DNA of 64,000 bases, taken from positions 87,482,001 through 87,546,000 of the forward strand of contig NC_092349.1 of the NCBI RefSeq assembly GCF_963676685.1. Direction: 5' to 3'. Source of the stretch: Mytilus edulis. Taxonomy: Eukaryota. Numbering within the stretch: the first letter of the stretch is position 1; every line of letters begins with the position of its first letter. The position numbers were made by a program, and so were the translations under genes. The notes beneath the pieces were generated by a model, which saw nothing but the letters and a program-made list of their open reading frames with translations, searched no databases and was not told the origin of the DNA. This document shows, one piece after another, positions 23,791 through 36,585 of this stretch.

Positions 23791-24114
23791 GATAAAATCA
23801 ACGGTACCAATTGTGTTGCACCAGATGCGCATTTCGACAATACATGTCTCTTCAGTGATGCTCGTGGCCAAAATATTTGAAATCCAAAGCTTATATAAAA
23901 GATGAAGATCAATAATCCAAAAGGTCCAAAAAGTATAGTCAAATTCATGAAAGGAATCAGAGCTTTGCATGAGGGAGATACATTCCTTAATTTATAATAA
24001 GTTCTAATATTTTGTAACAGCAAATTTTAATAACACAAAAAATCCGTATTTTCATGCCAGTACCGAAGTACTGGCTACTGGGCTGGTGATACCCGCGGGG
24101 ACGAATAGTCCACC
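23791..24114 (-). mobile_element. Retrozyme-like non-autonomous retroelement (324 bp)
   Basis: Absent from the paralogous site (gttaattagttgcat, ~5266-5280). Carries an intact hammerhead and a cUUCGg hairpin on the same strand. Confidence 0.85.
23818..23861 (-). ncRNA. Type I hammerhead ribozyme (AUC cleavage triplet)
   Basis: GCAUCA-CUGAAGA-GACA(UGUAU)UGUC-GAAA-U(GCGC)A-UC^UGGUGC. Core complete; stem I 6 bp, stem II 4 bp. Confidence 0.9.
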
Positions 24115-26800
24115 GTTGCATATTGATTTAATAGCATAATTTTTCACGGTCTTGCATATGCTCATCGTGAGTTTTAACTGGTATACGTAACGAAAATATC
24201 TTGGATTAGTTTTTCATCCCAGCATTCATCTTAAACGGATATCTAGTTATCTGCAATTTTAAAACGCTTTGATGTGTGAATCTATTAAAAGTAGTATTTG
24301 TTAAAAAGTTATGAAATAAGGTAATAAAACTAAACATGTTGAAGGAAATTATGTTGAAGCATGTAATAAATGAGTAAGTGTTTCGATTATGTAAACTAAT
24401 AAAACAAAAAATCTGGTGTGAAAAAATTGAGGGAATTTGGAATTATGCTGTCAGTCCACTAAACCCGTCGAAAATTGAATATGTTCGCCATTTGGAACCA
24501 TAGTTTTTCACTTAATAACTTAGACGACAGAAAACTTAAACATTACCCCCTGAATCAACTTTGGAAATTTTAATAAACGTATGTGGCCACATTGCCAACA
24601 TTTAGTCTAAATGCTTTAGTTAAGAGTTTTGATTATGCATGTCGCAGAGCCTCTGACGGTACAACTGAAAGAAGTAAGTTCACGAAGGGTTAAAATTGAC
24701 CCTAAGATTTTGATGATCAGGCCAAAATACTACATATTTCGAATAGAAATAGCTATGATATTACTATTAATACAACACAAGTTCATTTTGGGACATCACA
24801 TTACAAATGACGAAGTATTGACTACTTAAGTGTGCATTATTTGTGTTGTAACGTCAGTTTTGGTAATGTTTTTTAATAATTCTAAACAGTTTTTAGGGTA
24901 ATTACATTAGCCGCCATCCATGATCCAGAACGTGTTTATGTCTAGGGATTCAATATCATCATTGGCAACTTTTGGTTACAGAATATTAAGGATCCTAAGT
25001 TGCGGCCAAGGGTTTCCTCAAGATTTAAGGTCCGCAAAATGCACAAAATCATCGTATTTTTACAATATATCCAAAACATACTGATTTTAAAGACAATAAT
25101 GTACTCCTATGAAGAGATTGGTTTTAACAAAGAAGTAAGGCTTTTGAAATAGATCCATTTAAGAACCAAATTATGGTCTTTTTGAAATTTTATGTTAAAG
25201 TTGAAATTAAAGGCCACATTTGGCCTTAGGTGAACCTTGTCCTTTGCAGCATGTTATAATTCAACTAAGGTGATACCAGAATAAAATGATACATAAATTA
25301 TATGTGATAATATGAAATTGTAAATGATGTGAGGTTGCATTAATTATTTCTTAAATAACCGCTAGATAAAAAGTGTTTAATTCTTTTAATTCTCTAACCC
25401 AATATTGGTAATTTTTATTTTCATTTTTTTTTCTCGTTAGCTACCGTATAATTCACTGTTGACATTTTATAACTAAGGAGCCGCCATGTTGACTGGCTGA
25501 AATCAGTAAATGTGTGAATAAAGCAATATAATAGGAAAAAACCCAACACCTAACTCAAAACTTCATTTTATTGCAATATTATCCGAATTCGGAGGGTTAA
25601 CGCAACGTAAAAACCTTCAGCTTTGGCGTTTTCATTCGTATGACGTCATGTTTTGAAATGACGTTTATGCGCAAAAAAACATTGATGGAATTTCGCGGAA
25701 TTTTGTAACTAAGGAACCACCATGTTGACTTGCTGAAGGGCCTTTTTCAATTGCAATTTTTAACACAGCGAAATCGGCATTGCGTTTGCACATAGGTTAC
25801 GAAACATGTAGATTTACGAGGGAGGTATATTTAAACAGCCATTAGTTTGTACATTTCGGAATCTGCGCTAAGTATAGATATATCGAGAATTTTATCACGG
25901 TTTTGTTTACAAAACGAAAGAAGCACGTCATATTAGAATCCTTCATATAAAAAATCTATTTTTCTGTCAAAGGGATGATGAAAACAAAGATATTAGACAC
26001 TTAAAATATTTAATATGCAAAATACTAGGCTTTAAAGATGCCTTTATTACCTGTATTTATGTATGAAAAAGCTGAATTATGTCCCTTGGGAGCATTAATT
26101 TCCTACAAAAGTCCTCTCAGACAGTACAAAATGACAAATTATATATGCCTGATATAATAAAAGATAGAGACTACAAAATGAAGCACTATTGAAATATTTG
26201 CTGCATGAATTGCCAACAATGTGAGCAATCCTTTACATAGGAGTGTACAAATTCTATCTAAATTTATCCTCAGGTGGGACTCTTTTTTTCTTAAATTAGA
26301 CAATTTTAACACTGAAAATGCTTTTAGTATGATCAAATATTGTCTTACTCCATAAACATTACAAGCTTAACCACACAATTTCCTATTTTAAATGTTATTA
26401 TGCCTAGAGAAATACTCAAGTGATGCATTTCGGGAATTTAACACAGCAAAAAAGGCAAATATATGGTTAAAAATATTTGTCGCGACTTGAATTCTTGGAT
26501 TTTCAATTGAATTAATCATTGCAAAAGGAGAAAACAAATACAAAAGAAGAATAGCTTGGTGCAGTTTATACAATATAGTTAATATTGAAATCCTAGAATA
26601 AAGTTTTATATCAGTATCCATCAATTTGACTTATAATGATGACTCAGCACTTTTCTCAACACAGTACTGTTCTCAGTTAAAAAAATTCTATTCTTTGTGA
26701 TGAAAATCAAAATAGTATAATATGACTGAAGTCTGATTAATTTTGATTTCCCTTGCTATCTTGAGTATAGCTGGGAACAGTATATATATGTTCCTGAGTA

Positions 26801-27240
26801 TAGGGAAAACGGTACTATTTATTCTGCCATAGGCGACAATACTAACATTTTCTAATTTTACCACTTTTTATAATAAAAACCTGGATAAAACAGTACTGTG
26901 TTGTGTTAGTACTTTATTACTCTATTTTAAAAATTGAAGCCAAATAGTATCATGACAAATTTCCAACGGAGCTTATTTATGTTTTCCATGCCCACCGTCA
27001 TTTTGCAGCAAATTTATAAAATTTTGAAAGCCTTTACGAATAATTCTCTAGAAAATATTTCAATAGGTTTTAGAATTTATATCATAAATATAAACACTGC
27101 AGTTATTCATAGATAAATAAAAAAATATATTGTACCCTAACATCAAATCACGGCGCTCCTGAGTTGACTTCCTTCACCTGTCTTGGGTACACAAAAGGCC
27201 AACTTAATGCTGGGAAAATGTAATAGTACCGTTTTCCCTG
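26801..27240. mobile_element. MITE with 18-bp TIRs and TA target duplication (Tc1/mariner-like)
   Basis: AGGGAAAACGGTACTATT (26802-26819) / AATAGTACCGTTTTCCCT (27222-27239), flanked by TA on both sides. Confidence 0.7.
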
Positions 27241-29019
27241 TAACATTGACACGTATACCAGATTTTTATATTCATAGATACAAACATTGATTACATTATC
27301 TATAGTGTAATACACCATTAATAATCCATTTTATTACACTTGTGATCAAGTATATTGTCCATACTTCAATTTTGTCATTGAAAGTATCAGGTATTCTAAA
27401 AGAAAAGAAAACATTGTGTGAATCGAGCCCCATTATGAACCGGCATGTGTAAACAGAAGGTAAACAACTAGGATAATATATCAAGGGGCAATCAAATACA
27501 ATAAATCGAGAGAGAGAAGAAAAAACACATCACAATGAAAAATTAAACAAATGAACCGAAAAACAACAGTCCACAGAACATTAAAAGGAAAAGACTAAAA
27601 TGAGTGAATCAAACCCTATTATAAACCGTGATGTGTGAACAGAGGGTCTCGTACTACTATTGACTACACACATTTATTTGTTATGCGTTATCGTCCTAAT
27701 TAAGTGAAATCAGTGTGCCATATGATCTGTATATTGTTAAACTAATTGAAAATAAGTCATTAAAATACATGATAATCACTATGTGAATACTAAAAAAATC
27801 GACATAATGTTGTTTTAACCTCATAGTACTCACAAACTATTGTGCTACTTAACATAAAAAATATTTAAAAAATGACTCGTTTAAAACAAGTCACTTACTT
27901 TGGATCTATGCTGTCAGTCCGCGAAACCCGTCGAAAACCGAATGTGTTCGCCCTTGCGAACCAGAGTTTTCACTAAATATCTCAGACGACAAAACATTTT
28001 AACATTTTCCTCTGAATCAACTTTAGCAAACGTATATGGCCACATTGCCATAATTTAGTCTACATGCTTTTGTAATATCTTTCACTACTTATTGTTTAAT
28101 ACATACTTGCTACTGGTAAAGCAGTATGTAGATTAAAAGATGGCAAAATTAAATTTCAAACAGTTTAAGCCATATTTAATGTAGGTAAAGACCAAAGAAG
28201 GTGATGAGGCAAACTAGGTTTAAATACCACATTGTATCACTTACAAGGATCTGAACACAGACTCTTTCTTAAGAAAAAACGCTTCTGCTTTTAGTAATAG
28301 TTCTAAATTTAACGGTGTGCGGCTGTAGATGTCTGTAGCTGTTTATCACTGACGACTGTTCATCTCATTACCTTAACCATGCTTTTATTCAACAACCAAT
28401 GACTGTTAATTGGTTGTTTTACTTCTCTTCGAAAGCAAGCTTGAGTTTAAAAAAAATTGGTACCAAACATTCTGTATTAAAATTTTTGTTTTTCTATAAT
28501 AAGTTTTTCTATAATATCTGTTATCGATGCTCTTCAACCTTGTCTTTGATCTCGCTTTCCAACTCCTTGATTCGATTACATTATTCATAATTTATTTATC
28601 AATTTAACTTTAATTTTTAGACTAATTTTTTTATATTACATTTTATTAAATTGACTGTACAACTGGTTGGCCTCAAAAGTATCTTAAATTTTATTTAATC
28701 TTTTTTATTAGTCGATCGGAACAAAAAAATACATAACCAGCTCTTTTAAACTATTTCGAACCAAGAATGCATAATCAATTATTTTAAACTATGCAATGAA
28801 ATAGTTGCTTCAAATTGTATGTTAAATGTCTGTTAATGTTTGTGAAATCACAAGTATTCATATAGTTTAAATAGAATATCACAACTTTTATGATATCGAA
28901 TATATTTCTTATCTTATTATTAAACTGTTCTACCACCGATGCTTTTTACTCCGAATAAAAATATTAAACAGGTATTATAATAATAAAAAAAAACTCATGT
29001 AAGTTAAGTCTTGAATGTT

Positions 29020-29119
29020 NNNNNNNNNNNNNNNNNNNNNNNNNNNNNNNNNNNNNNNNNNNNNNNNNNNNNNNNNNNNNNNNNNNNNNNNNNNNNNNNN
29101 NNNNNNNNNNNNNNNNNNN
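29020..29119. other. Assembly gap (100 N)
   Basis: Run of N. It hides the LINE 5' end and probably the paralogue of ~9920-10600. Confidence 0.99.
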
Positions 29120-29785
29120 ACTCATGGTCATCCAAGTAGAAATCATGTTAGACCATCACAGGCTTCATATCAGAACCAAAATAGACAAGCAAATGGGCAA
29201 ATCCCACCACCGCCAACATACCATCAAGCCAATCTACAAAGGTCATCTCATTATCATCAAAATAGAAACAACAACCAAACAATGATGACTCAACATACCA
29301 ATGCAAACGCTAAAGCATCAAGTAATACATTGGAAAAACAACAAGCAAATACTACACATGTATTATATGCTGACAATTCAACAAAAGTCGTAGCTCAAGT
29401 CCCAACAAGTATATGCTCTGATGGACAAAACAAAATGGTGCATAGAAATAACGTAAAAACTCACCACATACCAGTTAGACAACCAACAACAGAAAGCAAG
29501 CAGTCAGAAGTAACAATAACTGAGAACTTTCAAGTATCAGCTTCATTAGTACAATCAGAAGTAGCACCTTTGCCTGGTGAAACGATCAAGGAATCAAACC
29601 AAATAGTTCATCAGGAGGAAAATTCAATCAAACAAATGACGGGAAACAATCAAGATGCAATTGATGAAGGAAGACAGAACCAATCGAACTCTTTTTTAGA
29701 AATTCCGAGCCTCAAGAACAAACCACCAGACATCCTCAGAATAGGCATGGCAACAGAAACACTCAACAGTCACGGCAGAGATTAA
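29120..29785 (+). CDS. LINE ORF1, C-terminal low-complexity (Q/N/T-rich) part
   Basis: Open from the gap to TAA at 29783-29785; overlaps ORF2 in the -1 frame. Confidence 0.7.
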   Translation, partial: THGHPSRNHVRPSQASYQNQNRQANGQIPPPPTYHQANLQRSSHYHQNRNNNQTMMTQHTNANAKASSNTLEKQQANTTHVLYADNSTKVVAQVPTSICSDGQNKMVHRNNVKTHHIPVRQPTTESKQSEVTITENFQVSASLVQSEVAPLPGETIKESNQIVHQEENSIKQMTGNNQDAIDEGRQNQSNSFLEIPSLKNKPPDILRIGMATETLNSHGRD

Positions 29786-32700
29786 ATATAGTTACCAGCA
29801 ACATAGAGGGTGTAAAGGGAAATGCAGCCTATCTTTCAGATCTAAGTAAAGAACAAGATATTATCTGTTTACAAGAACACTGGTTATGGTCTTTTGAACT
29901 TCAAAAACTGGACGAAAAATTGGCAGACTATAAGATATTTGGCCGGAGTCACGATTGTAATGAACCAATAACTAACTACCAAATTCCAAGGGGAAGAGCA
30001 GGCGTAGCTATTGCCTGGCCGCAAAAATTTGACAAAGTGATTTCAAAATTGGATGACGGGAATGAAAGAATTATAGCAATAGAGATCATGTCAGTACCTA
30101 AACCAACATGCCTCATAAATGCATACATGCCAACAAATGCAGCACAATCTCTGGATGAATATAAGGAATGCCTAGACATCATATTTAACATCAAGAGCAA
30201 ATATGATCAGTCACACAACATCATCTTATGTGGAGATCTAAATGGAACATTGATATCAACAAGAAACAACAAACATGATATTAGTCTCAAACAATTTACT
30301 TCCGATAATGGATTAAAACCAACTCGAGACATCCAATCAAAACCTACATATTTTCACACAGATGGAAAGGCTACTTCTCAAATTGACTATATTCTGTCTA
30401 ACAATGACATCCTACTATCAACCAGTATTTACTGTCAAGATCCAGTAAACACATCAACCCACGTACCAGTAAAAGAAGAACAGTAAATCTAAAGCAAACT
30501 CAGTAGCATATAAATTAATATGGGAAGAAATGGATAAAGACATATACATAAATGAGATTGATAAACATCTTCAATACCTTCGAATTCCATCCGATGAAAC
30601 TACAGTTGATGATAAGATAAAATGTGTCATGGGAATTCTACACAAAGCTACCAAACTAGCAGTACCATCAAGAATTATCAAACTAAATGGACCCAAAAGA
30701 AAAGCTTCCCCTGATGTTAAAAGACTAATAGGAATTAGCAAAAACAAACATAGGCTCTGGAACGATGCAGGAAGACCACGAGACGACCATCCTCTATTTA
30801 AAGACAAAAAGGAAGCCAAAAGAAATCTCAGAAAACAACAAAGAAAAGAAACTGCACTAGAAAAAGAACAATTCATTCAAAAACTTGAAGAAAATCAAAA
30901 TGACCAAATATTCCACCAACTTATCCGAAGAAATAGATCAGAAACTTCAAAATCTGACACTAATTTTCTAAAGATGGGAGAGGAAGAAGCTATATCCAAA
31001 AAAGAACAATGTGAATTACTAGCAAAATACTTTAAAGATTTGGCCCAACCAAAAGACAACGTTAATTTCAACAACGAAAAACTTCTGAACTGTAAGAAAA
31101 GATGTAAAATCATAAAAGAAATCACAAAGGCTTCAACCGACACAGAAGTTATCATAACTAAGGAAGATGTCCGGAAAGCTATAAACCAACTCAATACTAA
31201 GAAAGCAGCAGACGAATATGATTTAGCCTCAGAACATTTGCAACACTCAGGGGAAAGCTTGCATGAAATACTACAAGAAACATTTAACCAAATTCTATTA
31301 GAGGAAAAAGTACCATTAACGTTTAAAACCGGAACAGTATCTCCGATTCTGAAGAAAGGAAAGGCATTCTATGAGGTAGAAAATTACCGTGGTATAACAG
31401 TCACATCAGTTATTGGAAAAGTATTTGAATATATCATTTTGGATAAATCTAACTTAATGAAATCGGGTCAATCTCCTTTACAGTTTGGTTTTACACAAGG
31501 AATATCTCCAAACATGGCAGCCCTTATACTTTCGGAGGTATGCTCAGAGATCACAGGAACACAAACCATCTTCGTCACAACACTCGACAGTCAAAAAGCA
31601 TTTGATGTTGTAAGTCACGTGATACTGATGGACAGGCTATATCACTACGGACTAAATCTGAATTTGTGGAACATTATCGAGGAGCTATATAGCGGCGTAA
31701 CATCAACAGTAAAATGGAAAGGAGAAACAAGTACAAGCTATGAAATACACCAGGGCGTGCGACAAGGAGGTGTCCTATCTACTCACATATATAAGCCTAC
31801 ATAAACGAACTGCTTCTTGATCTGCAAAAACGAAATCTAGGGTCTCATATAGGCAACAATTATGTTGGATGTCCTACTTGCGCAGATGATATCGTACTTT
31901 TATCCCTCAATAGAGAAGAAATGCAAGAAATGCTGAATATTGTCGATAACTACTCAAAAGACCATCGATTTAACATCCATCCTCAAAAGGGTAATGTTAT
32001 AATAAAGTCTGGAAATAAACGTAAAGATCCTGAAGATAGCGATGCTTTTAAAATGGGGAACAATGATTTAAATTGTACGGATCGTACAACCCATCTAGGG
32101 CTAACAAGATCAACAAAAGATGAAACCCGAATAAATGTAGATGATCGCATCAGTTTAGCCAGAAGAACATTATACTCGCTCATAAAGACTGGTGTACATG
32201 GCTCAAATGGTTTAAATCCTAAAACTTCATATGGGATCTATCAAGCATACGTCCTACCAAGGCTACTGTACGGGCTTGAAACTCTACATGTGAATTCTAA
32301 AGAAATGTCGCTTCTTTCAAGCTTCCACCTCGATACCTTGAGAAAACTTCAGTCTCTTCCGAAAAGGACAGCATGTGCATCAGTATACCTACTTCTGGGA
32401 GCTCTACCGCTTATTGCTGAAATTCACAAAAGACAACTTAGCCTCTTATTTTGATGTTCTCAATAGCGACAATGAAACTATTAGATCACTAGCTTTGCGT
32501 CAATATATGTCCGGAAGATGAACAAGCTTCTTCACCAAAACAGCAGAAATTTTAGAGATGTACAACCTACCTTTCTTTCTGGAATTATGCGAAAAGAAGT
32601 ATTCAAAAATAGAATGGAAAAAACGGACAAAATCAGCAATAAACGGTCATTGGACTAACAAACTACGCCTAGAATGTGAAGAAAAATCAACTCTACAAAA

Positions 32701-33175
32701 TTTAACAATTTCGAACTTAACAATAGGTGTCACACATCCTGTTTGGGCTACAGTTTCGTCATCAGTCTCGGACATTAGAAAAGCAATTACAAAAAGCCGC
32801 ATGTTAACGCGAACCTATCTATTACAAGCTCATAGACACAGATTTAAACAGGCCGAAGTAGACCCGATTTGTCCAAACTGTAGAACTGAAAACGAAGACC
32901 TATGTCATGTTTTAACAACTTGTCCGTTGTATATGAACATCAGGATAGCATTATATACTCCAATTAAGAACTTTATAGTGAGTATTATATCTGAATCAAC
33001 ATGGGGAACTCACTTCAGTAACCGTGAGGCAATATGTACACTGATAGTAGACTGTCAAAGCTTCGCAAATCTGAACATTATACCGAACAACCCAGAAATA
33101 CTTGGAAAGATTGAAAATCTGTCCAGAATATACTGCTATGAAATTCACAAAAAGAGACTATCAGCCGAGATATAA
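29698..33175 (+). pseudogene. LINE ORF2 (endonuclease/reverse transcriptase), broken by stops and frameshifts near 30485, 31795 and 32451-32520
   Basis: ORF-track pieces 29920-30486, 30530-31804, 31921-32454 and 32558-33175 are consecutive domains of one protein. Confidence 0.9.
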
Positions 33176-34307
33176 CACTTCCCTGGGTATCACAGCTCCC
33201 CATAAAGACACTAATGACAATATTTACCACCATGTGTCTATATCTGATATATATCATAAATAGTAAAATAGTTGCCGTAATTAAAATACTTTAGTGTGAT
33301 GTTTATACATAAATATTTAGAACATTAACATCTGCTTGCTTAACTATAATATACACCATATATACAAGCCTGAACGTGTGTACCGTGCAAGACTTTAAAA
33401 TTTGAGTACAATGTAGAACTAACTCTTATAACGCAAAAATATATCATTGCTTATTAACAAAGACATCAACATTAGATAGAAAATAACCATCTGTAGCATC
33501 CTCTAAATGCATAGTATTTTGGCTTACACTTCTTGGCTCCCATATGAATGAAGACCTTTTAATTCATTAACTCTATCCAGTGAATTCAACAGCCAAAATA
33601 GTTAATTGATCTTATTTAACTAGACATTACTTTTATCGCCGTATCTACATCCTGGATAACGGAGGAATCTACCTGAACAGAACAGAACCTGGATAATGAA
33701 TGGGTAATCCGTGTATATAATATGTACATTTCTGTAAATAAATTTTGTGCATGTGCAACGTTCTGGTGGAGGATTTCATTGTGGATATGTTTACATTTTT
33801 AAAAACTAATCCGTTAAGGAAACACAGCTAGCTGTGTGTGCTCCAACACGGAGGGATTTACATAAAGAAGAAGAAGAAGAAGTTGGCGGAAAAAGAAATT
33901 TTGGGAGCTCTACCGCTTATTGCTGAAATTCACAAAAAGACAACTTAGCCTCTTATTTGGTGTTCTCAATAGCGACAATGAAACTATTAGATCACTAGCT
34001 ATGCGTCAATATATGTCCGGAAGATCAACAAGCTATAGAAGAAGAAGACGTTGGCGGAAAAAGAAGGCCCCTGAAATCGAATACTTTCAAAACGCGAAAA
34101 AAAAAAACAACCGAGAGAACTTTTGGAAAAGAAAAAAATGAAGTGTGTAACGTTTGATATAATCGTCATCACAAGCACTGCTAAGATATACATGGAATCT
34201 CATAACACTAACACACACAGTATCGCTATTTTAAAATCTGTTTAGAAATTTATCTGTGATACTCTTCGGTTTGTTTGAAAAATACATTTTTACATTGTTT
34301 GTTTGTT

Positions 34308-34638
34308 TATAAAAATGAGATGTGGTATAATTGCCAATGAGAAAATTCTTCACAAGACACCAAATAACACCGTACGGCCTTCAACAATGAGCAAAGCAAA
34401 TACCGCATAGTCAGCTATAGAAGGCCCCGAAATGACAAATGTAAAACAATTCAAACGTGAAAACTATTTGGCCCAATCTATGTACAAAATAATGAACGAA
34501 TAACAAATATGTAACACAGTAACAATTGACAACCACTGAATTACAGGCTCCTGACTTGGGACAGGCACGTACATACAGAATGTGGCGAGGTTAAACATGT
34601 TGGTGGACGCCCAATCATCCCTCTAACCTGGGACAGTG
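34308..34638 (-). mobile_element. 5'-truncated copy of the twister-bearing repeat
   Basis: Reverse complement of 59486-59836; twister-like domain at 34532-34638; absent at the paralogous site (~10810). Confidence 0.85.
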
Positions 34639-36315
34639 CTGTTTTTTTTTCTTCTTTCTCATAAACTATTTAATCTATTCTTCTAAATCTGATCTGTTTA
34701 GTTCTAAACCTAATTGTTAATAAATATTACCAATAACATATAAATGGTGCTGATATATACAGGTTTCAATGTAGTTTGAATATCTGATGATTACGTGCTT
34801 ACATACTTTTATATAAAATACATTTTATAAATAATACTGTTAATATGTATTTGCTTATGTGTGCTGAGTTCTACTGTTTGAAATAAAGTTGTTAAGCTAT
34901 TATTAATACCTTGTTTATGTAATGTGGAGAGAGCTTTTATAAGCTGTGCCTATTGCTCAATCCTTTCCATATCTTAATAAATAAAATATGTCTACCATCA
35001 AAAGCATCTTTAAACCAAAAAATGTTCAGGAAAGGTATTGTTGATTAAACTACAGAAAATACAGTGTGTGTATACTTGTAACGCGTTTTAATGTGTTCTG
35101 ACTCAAACATCAAGTTAAAATCATTACTTCGAATTTTCACGAGTAGGATGACCGGTATGGAATATATGTTTCACAGATGACGACGGATATGTTCCATTTG
35201 TGCTAACTACAATCCCGTCCACCTTTCAGCAAATAAGACTTATCACTAAGTTGATACTTACAGGAGTAATACAACGGGTGCCACCAGAATCTGCTTACCC
35301 TTCCGGAGCACATGAAATTAACCCAAGTTTCTGGAGGCGTTCGAGTTGCATGCTAAGTATTAAGTTTTCTATGTTGTGTTTTGTGTACTTTTGTTTGTCT
35401 TTTGGCCTTTTTTTTAGCCATTGGTGTTCGCCTATAATCTCTGTGTTGTTTAGTTTTTCGTTATGTATTTATTAAGTATATAGAAATATCATGTAATGAT
35501 TGTATGTTAACCAGATGTGTTTAAATGTTAGAAAAGATATATCAATCAATTTGCATTTGTATCATTAAGTAATGAGTAAACCCACCTTAGATAAAGGCAA
35601 ACGTTTACTATGTTCGTGATTGGCACATTTACATGAGTAAGGATTAAAACATGTTTTCTAGTATTAAGCTTTCCATCCTTTTATCTCGCTCATAGGAATG
35701 AAAAGTGTAAAAAGGAGTTGTACAACAAAACTCGGTTAGAATTTGGAGAAAAACATTATGGTTCAAGACTTTATTATATGATGTTAACACTATGCCGTAA
35801 AACAATGTAATACATATCGTCTGATGAACTTCAAAGTAGATTGTATACATTAAAAATAAACAGTGCAAAAAACATCTAAGGGTAAATTTTAAATCAGAAT
35901 TTCAATAATGAATAGAAAATTACCGAACAGTTTAGTACAATTCAACCTGTAAATAAGGTTCATGTTTATTATGTATCTCCGTATTTGACAGTTTAAACAT
36001 TTAGATAATTCTCTCTTCCTTGCAACATACGGGTAAGTAAGTCATCCGTCCTAGCGACAAACACATATAAGGACATGGAACCAGTCCATGAGCGTCCTTG
36101 ATGATAGAAAATTCAAACATGCGCACCAAACGCAGCGCAGAAGAACGAGGATTTGTTTTGTTTGTGTTATTTGTGTTATTTATGTTATTTGTGTATTGTT
36201 TTTATATTAGTATAGTAAACTTCAAATTTGGTCTAAGTTCAAACAAGTTCTGCAAGTATGACAACGATTCCTTATGTTTTTCAAATGTGTTTAATTGTTA
36301 ACTTAATTTCCTTTA

Positions 36316-36585
36316 CTATCCAGATTTGAACAATAAAATTGCAACTTGTCCCAAGTAAAAATATATAAAATGTTTGGTTTCATGTGTAACATAACTGCCA
36401 TAATTCCGTCCAACGATACAGTGCCATGTTGGGTTATACTTTTTATCAAATTCCTTTTTGATGTATGCGGCAATATCTTTTTCGATGTTGAATTTCTCTA
36501 GAGCTTGTGTAGAACAGTCAACAGCATCTTGTTGCATATCTTCTGACATATCAGCACTTTTAACAACGGCTTTTTGATCACTCAT
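36316..36585 (-). CDS. DYNLL: Dynein light chain LC8, copy 3, 89 aa (duplicate of copy 2)
   Basis: Complete LC8 ORF; acceptor tttag|CTGACACC-ATG (exon starts 36593); donor TCAG|GTAAG at 37058. Confidence 0.97.
   Translation of the reverse strand: MSDQKAVVKSADMSEDMQQDAVDCSTQALEKFNIEKDIAAYIKKEFDKKYNPTWHCIVGRNYGSYVTHETKHFIYFYLGQVAILLFKSG

Larger units (their letters stand above)
23738..24222 (-). promoter_or_regulatory. Orphan duplicate of LC8 copy 1 exon 1/promoter, interrupted by a retrozyme
   Basis: Donor GCGG|GTAAG (exon ends 23738) and motif at 24200-24222 are intact. No LC8 coding exon follows; the next recognisable exon is C1q. Confidence 0.8.
29120..33881 (+). mobile_element. Non-LTR retrotransposon (RTE-X/L2-like): ORF1 3' end, ORF2 (APE, RT, CCHC), 3' UTR, (GAA)n tail
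   Basis: APE motifs ICLQEHWL, GDLNG, SQIDYI, STHVPV; RT motifs NYRGIT, LDSQKAFDVV, GVRQGGVLS, CPTCADD; C-terminal CPNC-x8-H-x4-C; tail at 33865-33881. Confidence 0.93.

Noticed and set aside
23734-24023. ORFs 23734-23970 and 23751-24023 as N-terminal fusion partners for the C1q exon
   Set aside because: They are retrozyme-derived. One meets the donor in phase 2 while C1q needs phase 1; the other stops at 23751, before the donor.
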